NCBI GenBank assembly: GCA_039096225.1 | Contig: JBBPEB010000014.1 | Span: 806,001 to 870,000 of the forward strand | Source of the DNA: Blastocystis sp. Blastoise | Lineage: Eukaryota > Protista > Bigyra: Opalinata | DNA: 64,000 bases | Direction: 5' to 3' | Shown here: piece after piece, positions 1 to 21,652 of the stretch | How positions within the stretch are numbered: the stretch's first letter is position 1 | Layout of the letters: each line of letters opens with the position of its first letter | The notes under the pieces: generated by a model | Database searches by the model: none | What the model was told of the DNA's origin: nothing | The model's input: only the letters and a program-made list of their open reading frames with translations | Translations under genes and position numbers: made by a program

Positions 1-114
1 TTATATATATATAAATTGTATAAATATTATATATATTTTTTTCATTATTTTTGTTATGAATCTATTTATATATTATTATATATAATTATATATATAAATA
101 TTGAATGTATATAG

Positions 115-6901
<6,787 letters not shown>

Positions 6902-7251
6902 ACTTCATTATTACCTTATATATATATATCGTTTTCTACATATTTTTTTATATTCATTATATATACCTAATGTATTATTATAATTTGAATTTATTACTTT
7001 TACTACTCTAGCATAATACATTATTCTTTTTATATAATTGTTTATCTATTAAAATGGGTTTAGCTTATATTTATAAACAAATATGCATATTATTTTATCC
7101 AAAAAAAAGTATTAATATTTTTTTTTAGAATAAAAATTTATAGAGTCCTTTTTATCAAATGAGTTATTTTTAAAATACACAAATATTTTAATGAAAAACA
7201 ACTATTAATAAAAGATATACAAATTTTTAAAAATAATATTAAAAATATAAA

Positions 7252-9240
7252 TTACATAGTATATGAGTTTTCCAAAACAGAAATACCACTCCCTGCTTTA
7301 GTATAGCAAATATCCTGAAGACTAATATCAATATATTGCTTATAATGACTAACAAATGATTTCATAGTATCCGAAACAGCATCTTCATTATAAGATCTAT
7401 AAAGAAATAGAGATTATTATTTATATAAATCTATAATGAAATAAAAAGATATATATATATATATACATTTGTTTATTGGATTGTATGGAAAAGAAAGATA
7501 AAAGATAATTCATATCATTTATATAGTTCTCTAAAGTAAATAAGAATGCATTAGATCCAGCATCAAAAGTATAAGCTACCTATATATATAATAATAATAA
7601 TAATAGCATGAATAGGAATAATTAATGTATAGTTAAATATATAAAGAATATACAATATTTTTGTTATAATATTCATTTAATTTATGAACTAAATTAATAA
7701 TTTTAAATGAAGTAGTATTTAGATACATAACAGGAGGATATGTATCTAGACATATCGCATGTAATTGATTCGATTCCTTCATTATACATTCTGATAATAC
7801 TTGGAAATTCCTATTATAAAAATAAGAATGATTATTGATTATATTAAATTTATTAATTATAAATATATAGTTGTATACTTAAGATAATCAACTTACTTTT
7901 CAAAAATAGCTTCTTTTGTACTGGTCAATCGTTTAGGAACAATAACTGAAGATCGATACTGTATATATAGAGTGATTATAATATACACATAATGTTTCAT
8001 ATATAGATATAAATTAAAATGGAATGTATATAACTATGAAATATATATGTATACTTGTAGAAGTTCTGATGTTTCTGTTGCTAGATTCATTCCTGACGTT
8101 GATTTAACATCTTTTGGTATATCCATGCGACTATTGATAAGAATAAGCACACGCATCTCTGGCCAATAATTATTAGAACAAATCTATATATATATATATA
8201 TATATAATAATAATAATATATAAATAATTATATAAGTATATAATAACAGTGTAATATGTAAATAATTATATAATTATGTAATAACAGTATATATATATAT
8301 ATATACAGGATGTGCAATAGAATCTGATCCATCATCTTTTTCTCCTTTATTCCATTCCACGAATCCTCCATACCTATATATATATCAAATAATTATATAT
8401 AGAATAATTAAATATATATAGAATAATTAATTATATAGAATAACAATAAATATCTTTTAAAATTGAAGAGAACTATAAACTAAATAATTATCACTACATA
8501 TATATATATATATATATATACATAGATCTACAAGCACTTCCTGATCCTTTTCTCATGATTGCATTCAATAGATTTTCTTCTTCTTCTTTATAATATACTT
8601 GATATGCAAGAGATAAACTTTTCACCAAACAGGAAAAACCTATATGTATATATATATATTTATTAGACATCTAAAAATGATAATAATTCATGAATAGAAT
8701 AATGCATATAATAAATAATATACCTGAAGCAGAAGAGGCAAGACCTGCAGCTGTTGGAAATGAATTTGAAGTATGAATATGAATAGGAAGAGTTGATAAT
8801 ATTTCTTTAGAAATACATATATTACCGTCATTATCTCTATTAAGTCATATAGAAATTATAAAATTATAATCTAAATACAAGTATCCATTAGTTAAAGAAC
8901 GAAATAGAGTGATCATTGATTGGATTTTCTTTTCTGAAGCAAGATCCTTTATTCTAAATAGTATTTTATGTATCAGAAGTTATATTCATATATTTTATAT
9001 TATAGAATACTGATTATTAATGCAAAATTCATCATTTTGTAGTGAATCATCAATAAGAATTTCAGTTTCAGTCCATAAATCATCCTTATATATATATTAA
9101 AAGAAATGAATAAGATATACTGATGATAACGTGAGACTTAAAGAACCATTTAATGGCGTATTCAGGATACGATCCTTTTTTCCCCAATATTTGACAAGTG
9201 CAATGTTAGGTGATCCTTTCACTTTGATATTTATCCTCAT
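7252..9240 (-). CDS. MVD: Diphosphomevalonate decarboxylase (GHMP family), about 10 exons
   Basis: Manual reverse-complement splicing gives SPNIALVKYWGK, NSFPTAAGLASSASG, RKGSGSACRSMYGGFVEW, ESNQLHAICLDTYPP and VAYTFDAGSN. All introns are GT-AG. Absent from the ORF track because the exons are short. Confidence 0.95.
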
Positions 9241-9594
9241 TTCCTGTGTATATGAATGGATATTAGAAGGAAAATATGATAAATGATTTCGATTATTATT
9301 GAGATTATGTAATAGAAAACATCTTACTTAATAACCTGACTTGAAAAACAGATTGGAATGTAACAATAATTATTTTATAAATATTATAAAATTGATAGCC
9401 GAATTGCTTATACATAAAACAAATTATTTCTTGAAAATCATTTTATTCTTGTTTCTTTTAAAAATATCTTTGAAATTGTTTTGAAGTAGTATATATTATA
9501 AGTATATGTTTAGTGAGATATCCTCTAATTTAGATTCATCATATTATACTAATTTTCGTTTCATTCAATCCAAATTATTATTCTCGAATAATAT

Positions 9595-10879
9595 ATGAAT
9601 CAGAATTTTGACTTAACTAAAACTCAGGCATCAGATCTACGTGATTTGATTGATAAGATGACCGATGGTAATGATCACAATCAATTGTTGACTAGTTTTT
9701 TTGATTTATCTTCTTTGAAATCAGAAAAGAATCAAGTCAGTTATGATGTTAAATTATTTTCTTTACCTCTTTCTATGTCGGACACAGCAAATAAATCAAA
9801 AAAGAAGAAGAGATCCAAGAACTTAGCTTCAAAACAACCCAAAGAAACTGTAGAAACTATACAAAATACAAATAAAACAGATAATGAGAAACAAACAAAA
9901 AATAATAATCATTCTAATAGTTCAAAAGATAAAGTAATGATGAAAACATCAGATAACATGATTTCTATTGTATTACTCTGTGAAGATTATACCAATTCTT
10001 CAATTCATTCGTATATTATAAATATAATATATACAATATCATAATAAATATAATAAATATAATAAATATAATAAATATAATAATATAATAATATAATAAA
10101 TATAATAATTTCTTATAGTAACATGCCAGTTAGTTGTCTGTTTAATTTTGATAATCTTCCTGGATATATACGAAAGCCAGATCAAGTATATATATATATA
10201 TATAATTCTCTTACTATTGAATATACATATCGAAACATCTTTCTCTCTAAAATAGTTGGCTGGTATCTTTATGCCAGAATAAACTACTTTTATGGTCCGT
10301 ATCATCGAAATTATCTCTATATTGCAGTCAAAACACAGTAAATAGTATTGATAAAGTTGTTTTATTTGAAAGAAAAGGAATACCCTATTTGCTTACTACG
10401 ACGTTCTCAAATAGTAATATCTATATTATTTCATTATCAAAAACAAATTTTTTCTCACCTGTTGTATATATATATATATTTAATATTAATCATATATTAT
10501 CTTTAAAAAGTATTTTTATGAAATAGTCTATATATAACGATAATACCTTATATATAGTTAGTTTTTCCTCACCATTTACCTGTTGACTTCATCTCTTCCT
10601 ATCGTAATGAATCTATATTAGTGTGTTCAGATAATACTTTATACGTTTATTCAATTCTTAATAGAGAAGTCGAATGCATAAATATATTGTATGTATTATT
10701 CTATATCACTGGTCTTTAGAATCTATTCTTTTTTCTGATTATAATATATATATATAGTCCACTACCCGATCCAATTTGTTTTTTATCTTATTTAAATAAT
10801 ATCACATATAATGGAAAAGAAGGATTAGTTGTATATATATCATTATATTTATATTATTCTTTATAAAAATAATGTAATA

Positions 10880-10952
<73 letters not shown>

Positions 10953-11708
10953 TAACATGTAATAGAGATGGTAAGATTACTTTATATTCAAATGATGATT
11001 TCTCATATCCAATGAAAACACATACTTATGGGGGATTTATAACGAATGCAATCACTATTGATGAAAACACATTTGCTGTTCTTACAGATGTATTTTATTT
11101 TTATTATCTCTCATTATTATATATATACATATTATGATTTCTATTCTTGTATGTTTATATAGAATTATTGGTGTTTTTTTAACATTACTATTATGTTTAT
11201 TATTATATTTATTATTATTATTATGTTTATTATTATATTTATTATTATTATTATGTTTATTATTATATTTATTATGATTATTATAACTATTATTATTATA
11301 TATAATTGTGTATAAATATAAATAATATATATTTAGAAAGGAAGGTATGGTATATATGATATTCGTGATATATCTAAACCTGTTTATAAATCTATCTTCA
11401 AATCAAAAGATACTGATTATTCAATTAATAATAATTATTATTTATGTTATGACACACTCTCTACAAAAGTATACTTGGGAGATTCCAATTCACTCTATTG
11501 TTTTTCAAAATATATGGATCTGTCGTTGATATATGACGCTACTTCCACAAATGATTCTATCTCCTCTTTCTGTGTTCAACAAAATTGTATTCAAAGTATT
11601 CTTTTTTATTTCTGATATTATCCTATTTGATCTGTAAATTTATTTAATATAGACAAACATTGCTTTGTAGGAAAAAATTCTGGAATCATTGATATGTATC
11701 ATCTCTAA
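9595..11708 (+). CDS. Uncharacterised protein with probable C-terminal WD40-like beta-propeller; exon phases near 9930-10260 uncertain
   Basis: Beta-rich segments ITCNRDGKITLY, GRYGIYDIRDISKP, VYLGDSNSLYCF and CFVGKNSGIIDMYHL-stop. Confidence 0.55.
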
Positions 11709-12218
11709 TTTGTTTTTATAATTTTATTTTTCTTATAAGTTTTGTTATGAAATATGAAGTAAATGCTTTAAATATATATATAAAAACTTTATATTTGTAT
11801 TATAAACAATCATCACAGGGTAATAATCATTATTTGACTTTCATTTGTTTTCTATTGATATAATAATTTTTAGAATGATATAAATTTTCTTTTTCAGTAA
11901 CTATTAATCGAATAGTACCATCAAACATACAAAAAACCTCTTCAATATCAGAAACTAAGTTTAATCTACATGAAAAAACTATTATCTATGTTCTACAACA
12001 ACTTGAGTATGTACCTGTGAATTTAAAAAGACATAAATCCATAATACTATAGAGTAATCAAAGAGATAATAGCAAAAATGTTAAATTTATGATTTTTTAA
12101 AATTCTTAATAAAAAAATGAAAAAGTTCCTAGATTTAAAGAATATATTCATTGAATAGCTTTTGTAATTCATTAACTGTTATTTTAGAAAAGATATATTT
12201 AAATTTCATTCCAGAATC

Positions 12219-14205
12219 ATGTCTATATTTAGTACAAAAGACTTAAAACAAATATTAGAACGAGTTGATCTAACTGGTATCTAGTAAAGTATGAAACAAC
12301 TATTAATACATAGCTATTTCAATATCAAATGCTTCAAATTATATTCTAGTTCATGAAGTTCATGCAAAATCAATAGCTGATGTATTTCTTGTTCTATTTT
12401 TTTATAATGAACAATTTAGGTTATTTATAATTGTATTGTTGAAGCTTCAAATAATATGAGATTATATCTATTGTATATTCATATTCGTTTTAAACTATTT
12501 TTTAAAAATAATTTTGTTTTCTACTTCTTTCTTAAATTAGATATGTGATTCATGATGTTCTTTCTAAGAAGTTAGATTCATTTCAAGATGCATTTTCCAG
12601 TGTATATTAAATAGAGTTACTTTTTTTATCATTCATTCATATATTCTTGTTATTCTTATTATTTCTTTGATTATTATATCCATAATATATAGATCATTTT
12701 AGATTGTGTTGATATTACTATGTCTGAATATCCTGAGCATAATTTAAAGATTCAAGGTTTAATTGGTATGTGGGAACAACGAGGATTATTTCCTATGACT
12801 ACTTGTCAACAATTAAGAAATATTTATAATAGTATATTCTCTTATTAATAGTAATGAATATATTATAATAAGAAAATAATATTATTTGTTTTTCTTTATG
12901 TCTGTATTTCTTAAACAATAATGAATTCTACTTTATTTTATATAGAGAATGTGACAGGAATAGATTTTAATTCCTTCAACAGTCAGTCTGATTCAGATTC
13001 TTTTTCAGACGAAGATAGTGATGGATCGAATTCTCTTGGAAATTCAGAAATACAGGATTCAGAAGGAAATACAAGTATATCGAATAAAGATATGGTTGAT
13101 ATAGGAAATAATCAGTTAAAAAAAGAAGCCTATTTATCTGAACAACAAAATAAAACTATTGTTAATCTAAGAAGAAAAGTTTGTTATTTATATATGTTTT
13201 TTTTTGCTTTATATATTATATATATTATATTTATTCATTTTATTTCTTTTATATATTATATATATAATGATATTTATTTTATTGATTACATACTATACTA
13301 TAGTTGATTGATTGTCCTTCGTGGAGTACAAATAAAAAGGTATTTGAATCCAATAAGGGATCTATTCTACTTAATAAAATATCAAATACGCCTATTCTTT
13401 TAAAAACAAATGATATCGTTAATCATTTAGATGTATATATATATATATATATAATAAATAATATTATCAATGTATATAATAATAATAATAATAATAAATA
13501 TTATTATCAAAATATGTTTTTCTTTAGAAAGAAGTTGTTTCAAGTATAAATCATAAGAAGAGATTAATTCAATTATTAAATGCCCTAAAAAAGAGACAAA
13601 AAGATACACTCACCCTTATTGAAGAAACTATGGAAGTATGCTTATGAAATACTATAATATTGATTATATTATACTATTTATATATTAATATTATAGAGTT
13701 ATGATGTTTTAAACGATAGAATAGATTTATGTCCTGTATATATATTTATATAACATTATTAACCTTATCAGATATATATATATAATATTATTTGTTTTAT
13801 TTTATATCATATTATTCCTATAGATTGATAATGATATTATTCGGAAACGAATTGTTGAAGAAAAAGAAACAGAACCACAAAAGAATAAATTAAAGCGAAT
13901 GTATATATATATATTTGTTATTATTGATTTATCTACAGTTCATCTTTGAATATTAAGACTATTATATATATATATATATATAAAGGTTATCTAAAGAAGC
14001 TTGGGAATCATTAGAACGAAGTGACAAAGAAAAAGAAGAAGAAAAGAAACGAAAACTAGAAGAAGAATTAGAAGAAAAACGAAAAAATGAAGAATTGAAA
14101 CGAAAGATGGATATGTCTGTGAATCAACATAGTATACGAGATATGGCTGGTGTTAGTTGGAATGCAAAGGAAGTAGCTGAAACATTATTAGATACTAATG
14201 AATAA
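12219..14205 (+). CDS. RNA Pol II CTD-interacting (CID/RPR) domain protein
   Basis: Spliced N-terminus MSIFSTKDLKQILERVDLT-AISISNASNYIL...RLYLLYVIHDVL...KIQGLIGMWEQRGLF fits the CID pattern. C-terminal coiled coil; TAA at 14203-14205. Confidence 0.75.
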
Positions 14206-14652
14206 AACATTATCGTTATTACTATTTTATATAGTTTGTTTTTTGTTTATTAACTTAGTTCCTGTTTGTCTTTTTATTATTTTAGTTTTTTTTTGATTCC
14301 TTGTTTTGTTTTGTTTTGTTTTTAATGAAATATTTATTCATAAACTATAGACAAAAGGAACATTTTATAGGTTAAACACAAGCCAACAATTTATTTCATG
14401 AATATAACCCTAATCATAAAGTATCTATAATAGCAATATTAACAAATGAAAACGACAAAAAATAAGAGAAAAGAGAAAAGAGACAAAAAAAATAGAAAAG
14501 AGACAACAAAAAGAGGAAAAAATAAAACAATTATTAATAACAATAATTGAAGAACAATGAAAAAAGCAAGATAATAAATAAATAACTATATATAGAAAGA
14601 GCTGAAAATTCATGTATATATCAACATCTTCTGAAATTTTTATTTCTTCTTC

Positions 14653-17625
14653 TTATTCCATAGATTTCTGCCAATTCTTCAAAACAACTATAGCAATATT
14701 TCTACAAGTTTCATCTGGTTCATCATCTACTATTTTCTCGAGCCATTTATATATATCTTGATTTAATGAAATCATTTGTGATATAGATAAATGACCATAA
14801 TTAAGAAGAGTAGATAATAAATATAAAACACTTCGACGTACATCTACATCTGAATGATAACGATATATATAAATGATAGAAAAAATATCTGATAGAATGA
14901 GATCTACGTCATGTTGCAAAACAGTTAAAGTAAATAAATGTGAGATTGTTCGAATAAGTAAACTTAATACAGTGTCTCGTTTTGGTGGTTTTGTTAAACA
15001 CCAGTTGATTAGTATTTGAAAGAATAAAAGTGATTGAGATGCAAATAAATTGGTTTTATTTATAGATTTTGAATTATTTAATTTTCGATAATAAGATGGT
15101 TTATATTTTGTATTCTGAGATTTCATCATTTGTTTATTTGTTTGATTATTATTGATTTGAGTTGAATTCATAGAATCTACAATAGTAACTTTATTTGAAG
15201 AAGTATCTGTATTATCTATAATAAGTGGTTTTGAAGACATAAATGACGTTGTTAATGGCTGAATAAGAGAAGTAGATGATGATGATGATGATGATGATGA
15301 TGAATTATAATCATTTGAATTATAATCATTTGAGTCAACAATATATAAAGAAGGAATAGAAGAAGTAAGTTGGGATCTCAAGGATGTATTTATATTAGAA
15401 TGAATATTCTTTTGATTAATATCATTATTAGAAAGACGAGAACAACATTTATCAATACATTTTAATATATGAATAATCTTGATATCTATTGCTTGATTAC
15501 TTATTACATATTTATATAGTATAGGTAATATATCTTTAGGTTTATATATTAATAGACATATACATATATCATCCCAAACATCCCAGAAATCATTCATTCC
15601 TAATATATCATTATATCCTATTAATAAATTCATAACAGATTCACATCCTTCTAAATATCCTATTCTTCTCTCTTCATAACTACGTCGTAATTGATACATT
15701 GCTTCTTTCTGTATATTATATTCTTTACTATATAATTGATCAATAAGATCATATATATAGGAACATCGTTTATGATCTTCTTCTTCTAAATCATAAGGTT
15801 CTAAACTAGAATCACTCTCTGTTGAATCTACAGATAATCGCGGGGATATAGGAGTATCTGAAAGAATGTCATCTGGAGATATATATATTGAGGATGCCTT
15901 GGAAAGAGAAGTATTTTGTACATTATTATTATTAGAATCGTTTATTTCATTTATAGTATTATCTGAATTATTCTTATCTTTATTAAATTCATCGAGTAAT
16001 TCTTTATTAGAATCATTAGTTAAACTAGAATTATTATTTTGTTTCTTTATGTTTTTAGAAGAATTTATAGATTGTATGAATTCATTATCAATTGTTTCTT
16101 CTTGATTCAATTTATTATTTATATATTTGTTTTCTTCTTCGAGAAGATTATCCAATAATAGACCTTCTTCCTTTGTATCTGGCCAATCATATTCCATATT
16201 TGGAGTAATAATAGATGATATATATTTCATACAATGAATAAGAATATTAAATGATGAAGCATTAGAGATTTGAAATTGATAAGTAATAGCATTAGCTGCT
16301 GATTGAATAGAATAATATTTTGTTTGTGGATCAATAATACGAATAAGTAAATAAAATAATTGTAAAATATATATTTGTTTTTCTGAAGTGTAGATAGATA
16401 TGAATGAAGGTGAATTAAGAATATTAAGAATATAGTTGAAAATAAGGAGAAGAATATTATTTTCAAGCTCCATATTTATAGAATAAGTTGATTCATTATG
16501 ATAAATATAATAGAGGAAATCAGTAACAGGTTTTAAAGGGTAGATAGAACTCAGAAGAACTTTAGGAATAGATGTAAAGAGTTCATTTGATAGGGGAGAA
16601 GAAGAAGAAGAGGAGGAGGAGGAGGAGGAGGAAGAAGGTAACAAAAAATAGACAATAATTGGAGAATAATTCTAGATAGAATAATAAAATAATAATAATA
16701 AAACATAAATAAATAATAAATAATAAATAATAAATAATAAATAATAAATAGTAAAACATACTAATGAATCATTCGTTTGAAATAGAATATTAAATAAAGA
16801 TTCTATATATAAAGAATAAGAAAGACAAGAGAGTCCAGAAACAAAATCATGTATTTTATTGATGAATAATACTTTATTATATGGAGGAGAAGATGGATCT
16901 ATAGTAATTTTAGAGTTGATAACAATTAATAATGATTGGATAAAACATGATTGTTGACGAAGAAGAAATGATTTTTCTATAAATATATTTATATCTTCAA
17001 ACAGAATATCTTTAGAATCAAAATAAGATTTCCAGAAAGATTTAAAAATAGTAGAATAATATTCATGAGGAGACAGAGACTTGCTCGTATTTATTATAGA
17101 TATAGGAAGGATATCAACAAAATGATAAATGCTATTAACACATAATTGAAAAAACGACTGAAATTCAGGAGATACCGATTTTGATAGGAGATAAAGCTCA
17201 TCGAATAACTTATAGGACTTTGTATCTAAAATCTTAACTATGATTGAAGGAAGAGAAGCTGAAATCTTTTTTGTTGATTGAGTCACAGTATTTTTTTTAT
17301 AGAAAAGACAAATTGAAATGAATGAATAAATAAAAGGAATGCTGCTATTTAAGAAAAATGTATCTTTATAAGTTTCTCTTACATGTAAAGGTAAAGATTC
17401 GAGCCAATTCGGTAAGATATCGGAAATGAAGAGTTGCAGACTATTGTTATAGTCTTCAAAATATTTGATAAATGTCTTATCATTCTATATAAAGAGTAAT
17501 TTCAAGATAATGCATATAAAAAATACAATTTGTTTTGGAAAGCTATCGATTAATATTTGAAACTCATTACAGAATTGTCTTGCTTCAGAAATACTGTTTA
17601 TATTGTGAGTTATTTCCTTAGACAT
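14653..17625 (-). CDS. TELO2: Telomere length regulation protein TEL2 homolog (TTT complex)
   Basis: SDSSLEPYDLEEEDHKRCSYIYDLIDQL resembles the TELO2 acidic motif. C-terminal DVRRSVL and WLEKIVDDEPDETCR also fit. Three exons. Confidence 0.78.
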
Positions 17626-17773
17626 GACTCAATTTCAAATAAAAGATTATTATCATTCTGAGCAACTTTTAATTTTTTAACTGTGCAAAATATGTTTTCC
17701 ACGGTTTTAATGGAGTTTTTTAAATGTTTTTTATCTAGTTTAAAAAACTTTTTTATTTGATTGCTTGTTCACG

Positions 17774-18436
17774 ATGAAGAATATCCATCGTCAAGGCGCA
17801 GTATATTTGTTTCAAGATATTTAGAATATACTAATACTATAGACATCGGCTCCACCGAAGTCCCTATCTCCAAGTTTACCAAGTCAACAGACATATCGTC
17901 CTGTATTTTATTTAAAATAGATCTAATGATTATTTGAAACCTTTAGATTGATTCAAATTATGTGTCTGATGACAGAGAAAAACAACTGAGGTCAACAAAT
18001 CCACTTCACTCAGCTGTATATATTAATATGATATGCAAATAAGATATTCTAAATTTATATTATTATATTATAGAGTGAGATGCCCACAAATAATGACCTA
18101 GTGAACCCATTCAGTAATTATGTATATATTTTGATTTACTCCTTTATATTTTCTAAATATTTAGAGCGGAAATGCAAGTTCATCTAACAGAAATGGTGGA
18201 TGTAATATTATATTGAATATTAATATATATTTATATTATTAGATAAAAGAAGTTATAATGACTCCTCTGATTATTCTGGAAGTTCATCGTATTTATATAT
18301 TATTAAATAAATAATTAAATTTATTAATATTTATTAATTAATTGATTAATATTTATATATAGATATTCAGACCGTTCGTATAATAATAACAATTACCCAC
18401 CCTATAATAGAGATTCAAATTCTAATTATAATAGAA

Positions 18437-18498
<62 letters not shown>

Positions 18499-21400
18499 TC
18501 GTTGTTCTCATCGACATTATTAATATTGATATTGTTTATATGTGTGTCTATATATAAATATTTTATTCTTCATCTATATTTATATATAATGAATAATAAT
18601 AATTATTTAATATAGATATAAATTCTTCTTCGTTATCTTATGGACATACGAATGATTATCAAACGAATTCAAGACAAAATAATAATTATTTTAATAATCG
18701 CTCTAATTATGATAATAGATATAGAAATAATTATAATACTTATAACCCAAATAATAAGCCTTATTATAATAAAGAAAAAAGAATATATAGATCAAACAAA
18801 TATGGGTCATCCGTATATATATATATATATTCATTTAATTTTTTTTTATTTATTTTTTAAAAACATATTTAAAATTATTACTGATATAGAAATATAATGC
18901 TAATAATGAAGTTGATAGTCAAAATGAGGAGGAATGTACATATGAAGTATTTATTTATGGTTATTTTAATATTATATTATTAAAAGAGTATAAATAAATA
19001 AATTAATTATTATTGAATATATCTATAAATACTTTTATATATTCATACTTATATATTTAATACATTTAATACATTTTATTTAGGATAATGAAGATGATAA
19101 TACCAAAAATCCTCATTGTTTACAAGCAAGTGTAAATATATATTATATAATTATTATTATTATTAATAATATACAAAATTAATTATTCACAATACACTAT
19201 TTTTAATATTCTACACCAATAACTCTATATATAGCAATATGTAAAAGATTCTGAAGAATTAGATAAAGAACATGTATTAAACTTAGAAACCGATCGTGTT
19301 ATAGATCCTTCTTGGAAGGAAGAACCTTATAGAAGAAGAAAAGATGATCAAAAAACAGTTATTCACTGGGGACAACGAAAATTATTATTTTCTGAAATTG
19401 AATTTTTATTAAATTATTGTGTAGAAGATAAAGGTGAATGTTTATATATAGGAGGTGCACCGGGTAAACATATATTAGCACTGAATTATATGTTTCCAGA
19501 TGTTCATTGGTCTTTATATGATCCTGCAGATTATAATTTAGTATTTCCTTCTTATAAATATGATTTAAATAAGAAATTCTTCTATGATAAACAAGCCGTA
19601 GAATGGCAACAGAAACGTTTAGAAAAAGAAAAAGAAGGAAAAAAAGTATTGTTACTTCTATATTGTCTTTTAACTGTTTTTTTAATACGCTTATTGTTTC
19701 TTCTTTATCCCAATTTTTTATCTTTATTTATTATTGAATCATTTTAATTCTTATATATTTACTACATATATATTTTAATCACAACATTATTCTTTATATA
19801 CTATATTTTAAATATATATTTATTATTTATATATATATGTTAACTATAGTTATTTTTCATAAGTGATATTCGATCTGTTGCTTGGGCTAATACAGAAGAA
19901 GATGAAGTAGAAAAACGTGTTCAAGACGATATGAATAATCAACAGAAATGGCATATTATGATGCAACCTGAAAAATCATTATTAAAATTCCGTTTACCTT
20001 GGAGACAAGATACTTTTGAATATTTAAAAGGAAAACCTTATTTACAATTATGGTCACCTCCTACTTCAACTGAAACACGTTTAGTTCCTGAAAAAGAAGA
20101 TGGTAAAGATATAAAGATAATATGGGATAATCATAAATATGAAGGTCAATGCTTTTATTGGCAAACACAAAAACGTGCTTTAAAATATGAACAAAAAGCA
20201 TTACTCACAAAAAATTTAGATTGTTGTTATGATTGTGCTTGTGAAACTGCATTATTATATAAATATTTACAAACACATTTATATATATGGTATATGCCTA
20301 ATGATCCTTTAAGAAAGAGAGCATCATATGATGATTATTATGAAATATTAAAAAGAATATTTTTATATTATCAACAAAAAACAAGAGTAAAGAATGAAAA
20401 GAATGAATATATAAGTGATTATCATCGTAGTGATTTACAGAATAAAATAGATGATTATATACAATTAATAGATGATATAAATGATGAATTACGTGAAACA
20501 GGTCAAATGAATCATCCTTTCTTAGCAAGTATACATGATATATTAGCAGATTTATATTATCAACAAAGTGAACAACTAGTAGAAGATCATGATCTAAAAG
20601 ATATTATTTGGAAAGAAAAAGAAAAGGAATTACTTCAAAATGTGAAATCTCTTGATCTTACAGAAAGAGAATTTTATATGAAAGTTGATTTTCCTTTAGA
20701 AAAAGAAGATTTTTATTTGAAATCATTAAAATCTGAAGACATAAAAGATATTTCCTTAAAGAATCAATTTAATGAATGTATTCAAAGATCCGAAGAACAC
20801 AAACAAAAAGCATGTGATTTACGTCAAACTATTCGTAGAAATTATTCTACAAATCCTCCTCAACCTTCAGAAGAAGAATATTATTCGTTTATTGGTTTCT
20901 TTAGTGAACAATTATCTCCTATGATTACAGATACAGGTAGAACATTAAGTTCAGGAAATGTTGGTATTATATTAAGACCTATTGCTCGTAAATTAGATTT
21001 AGCAAATGAACATATTAATTATGAAGCTAAAAAGAAGAAAAAAGATGTATATGATCCTAATGATCTTGAAGATGGAGAAATTCCCATGGAAGATCAGGAT
21101 ACAACAATGAAAGATGGAGAAATTCCCATGAAACAAGATAAGGAAATAATTATGGAAGATGGAGAAATTCCCATGGAAGATCAAAATACTAGTCAAGTAG
21201 GTGGCAAAATTCCCATGAAACAAGATAAGGAAATAACTATGGAAATAGAAAATATAAATAATGACAATAAAGATATTATTATAGAAAAGAATACTTCTTC
21301 TCCTAAAGATTCTATTACTATTATAAATAATAAGAATCAAAATAAAGATCATCAAGAAGAAGAACATGCTGAAAATAATATGATTATAACAACTAATAAT

Positions 21401-21652
21401 AGTAATGAAAGTAGTAATATAGTTGAATTTATTAGCAATCATTCAAATATAGATATTAATAATGATAATGATATTAATAGTAATATTATTAATGATATTA
21501 ATATTACCAGTAATGTTACTAATGATAATACTACTAATGATATTACCAGTAATGTTACTAATGATAATACTACTAATGATACTACTACTAATGATAATAC
21601 TACTAATGATACTACTACTAATACTACTTCTCCTCATGATACTTCTAATTAA
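17774..21652 (+). CDS. Cap-specific mRNA (nucleoside-2'-O)-methyltransferase, poxvirus VP39 / PARP_regulatory family, with low-complexity N- and C-terminal extensions
   Basis: HWGQRKLLFSEIEFL, YIGGAPGKHI (SAM loop), LYDP, FISDIR, SLLKFRLPW, WSPPTSTETRL and CCYDCACE. The K-D-K-E tetrad is intact. The start codon and small 5' exons are less certain. Confidence 0.88.

Noticed and set aside
9930-10260. Apparent frameshift or pseudogenisation in the WD40-like gene
   Set aside because: Alternative short GT-AG introns can restore the phase; this cannot be decided without cDNA.
17774-21652. Endogenous giant-virus insertion around the VP39-like gene
   Set aside because: The gene has host-type introns and composition, the flanking genes are cellular, and no other viral hallmark genes are present.
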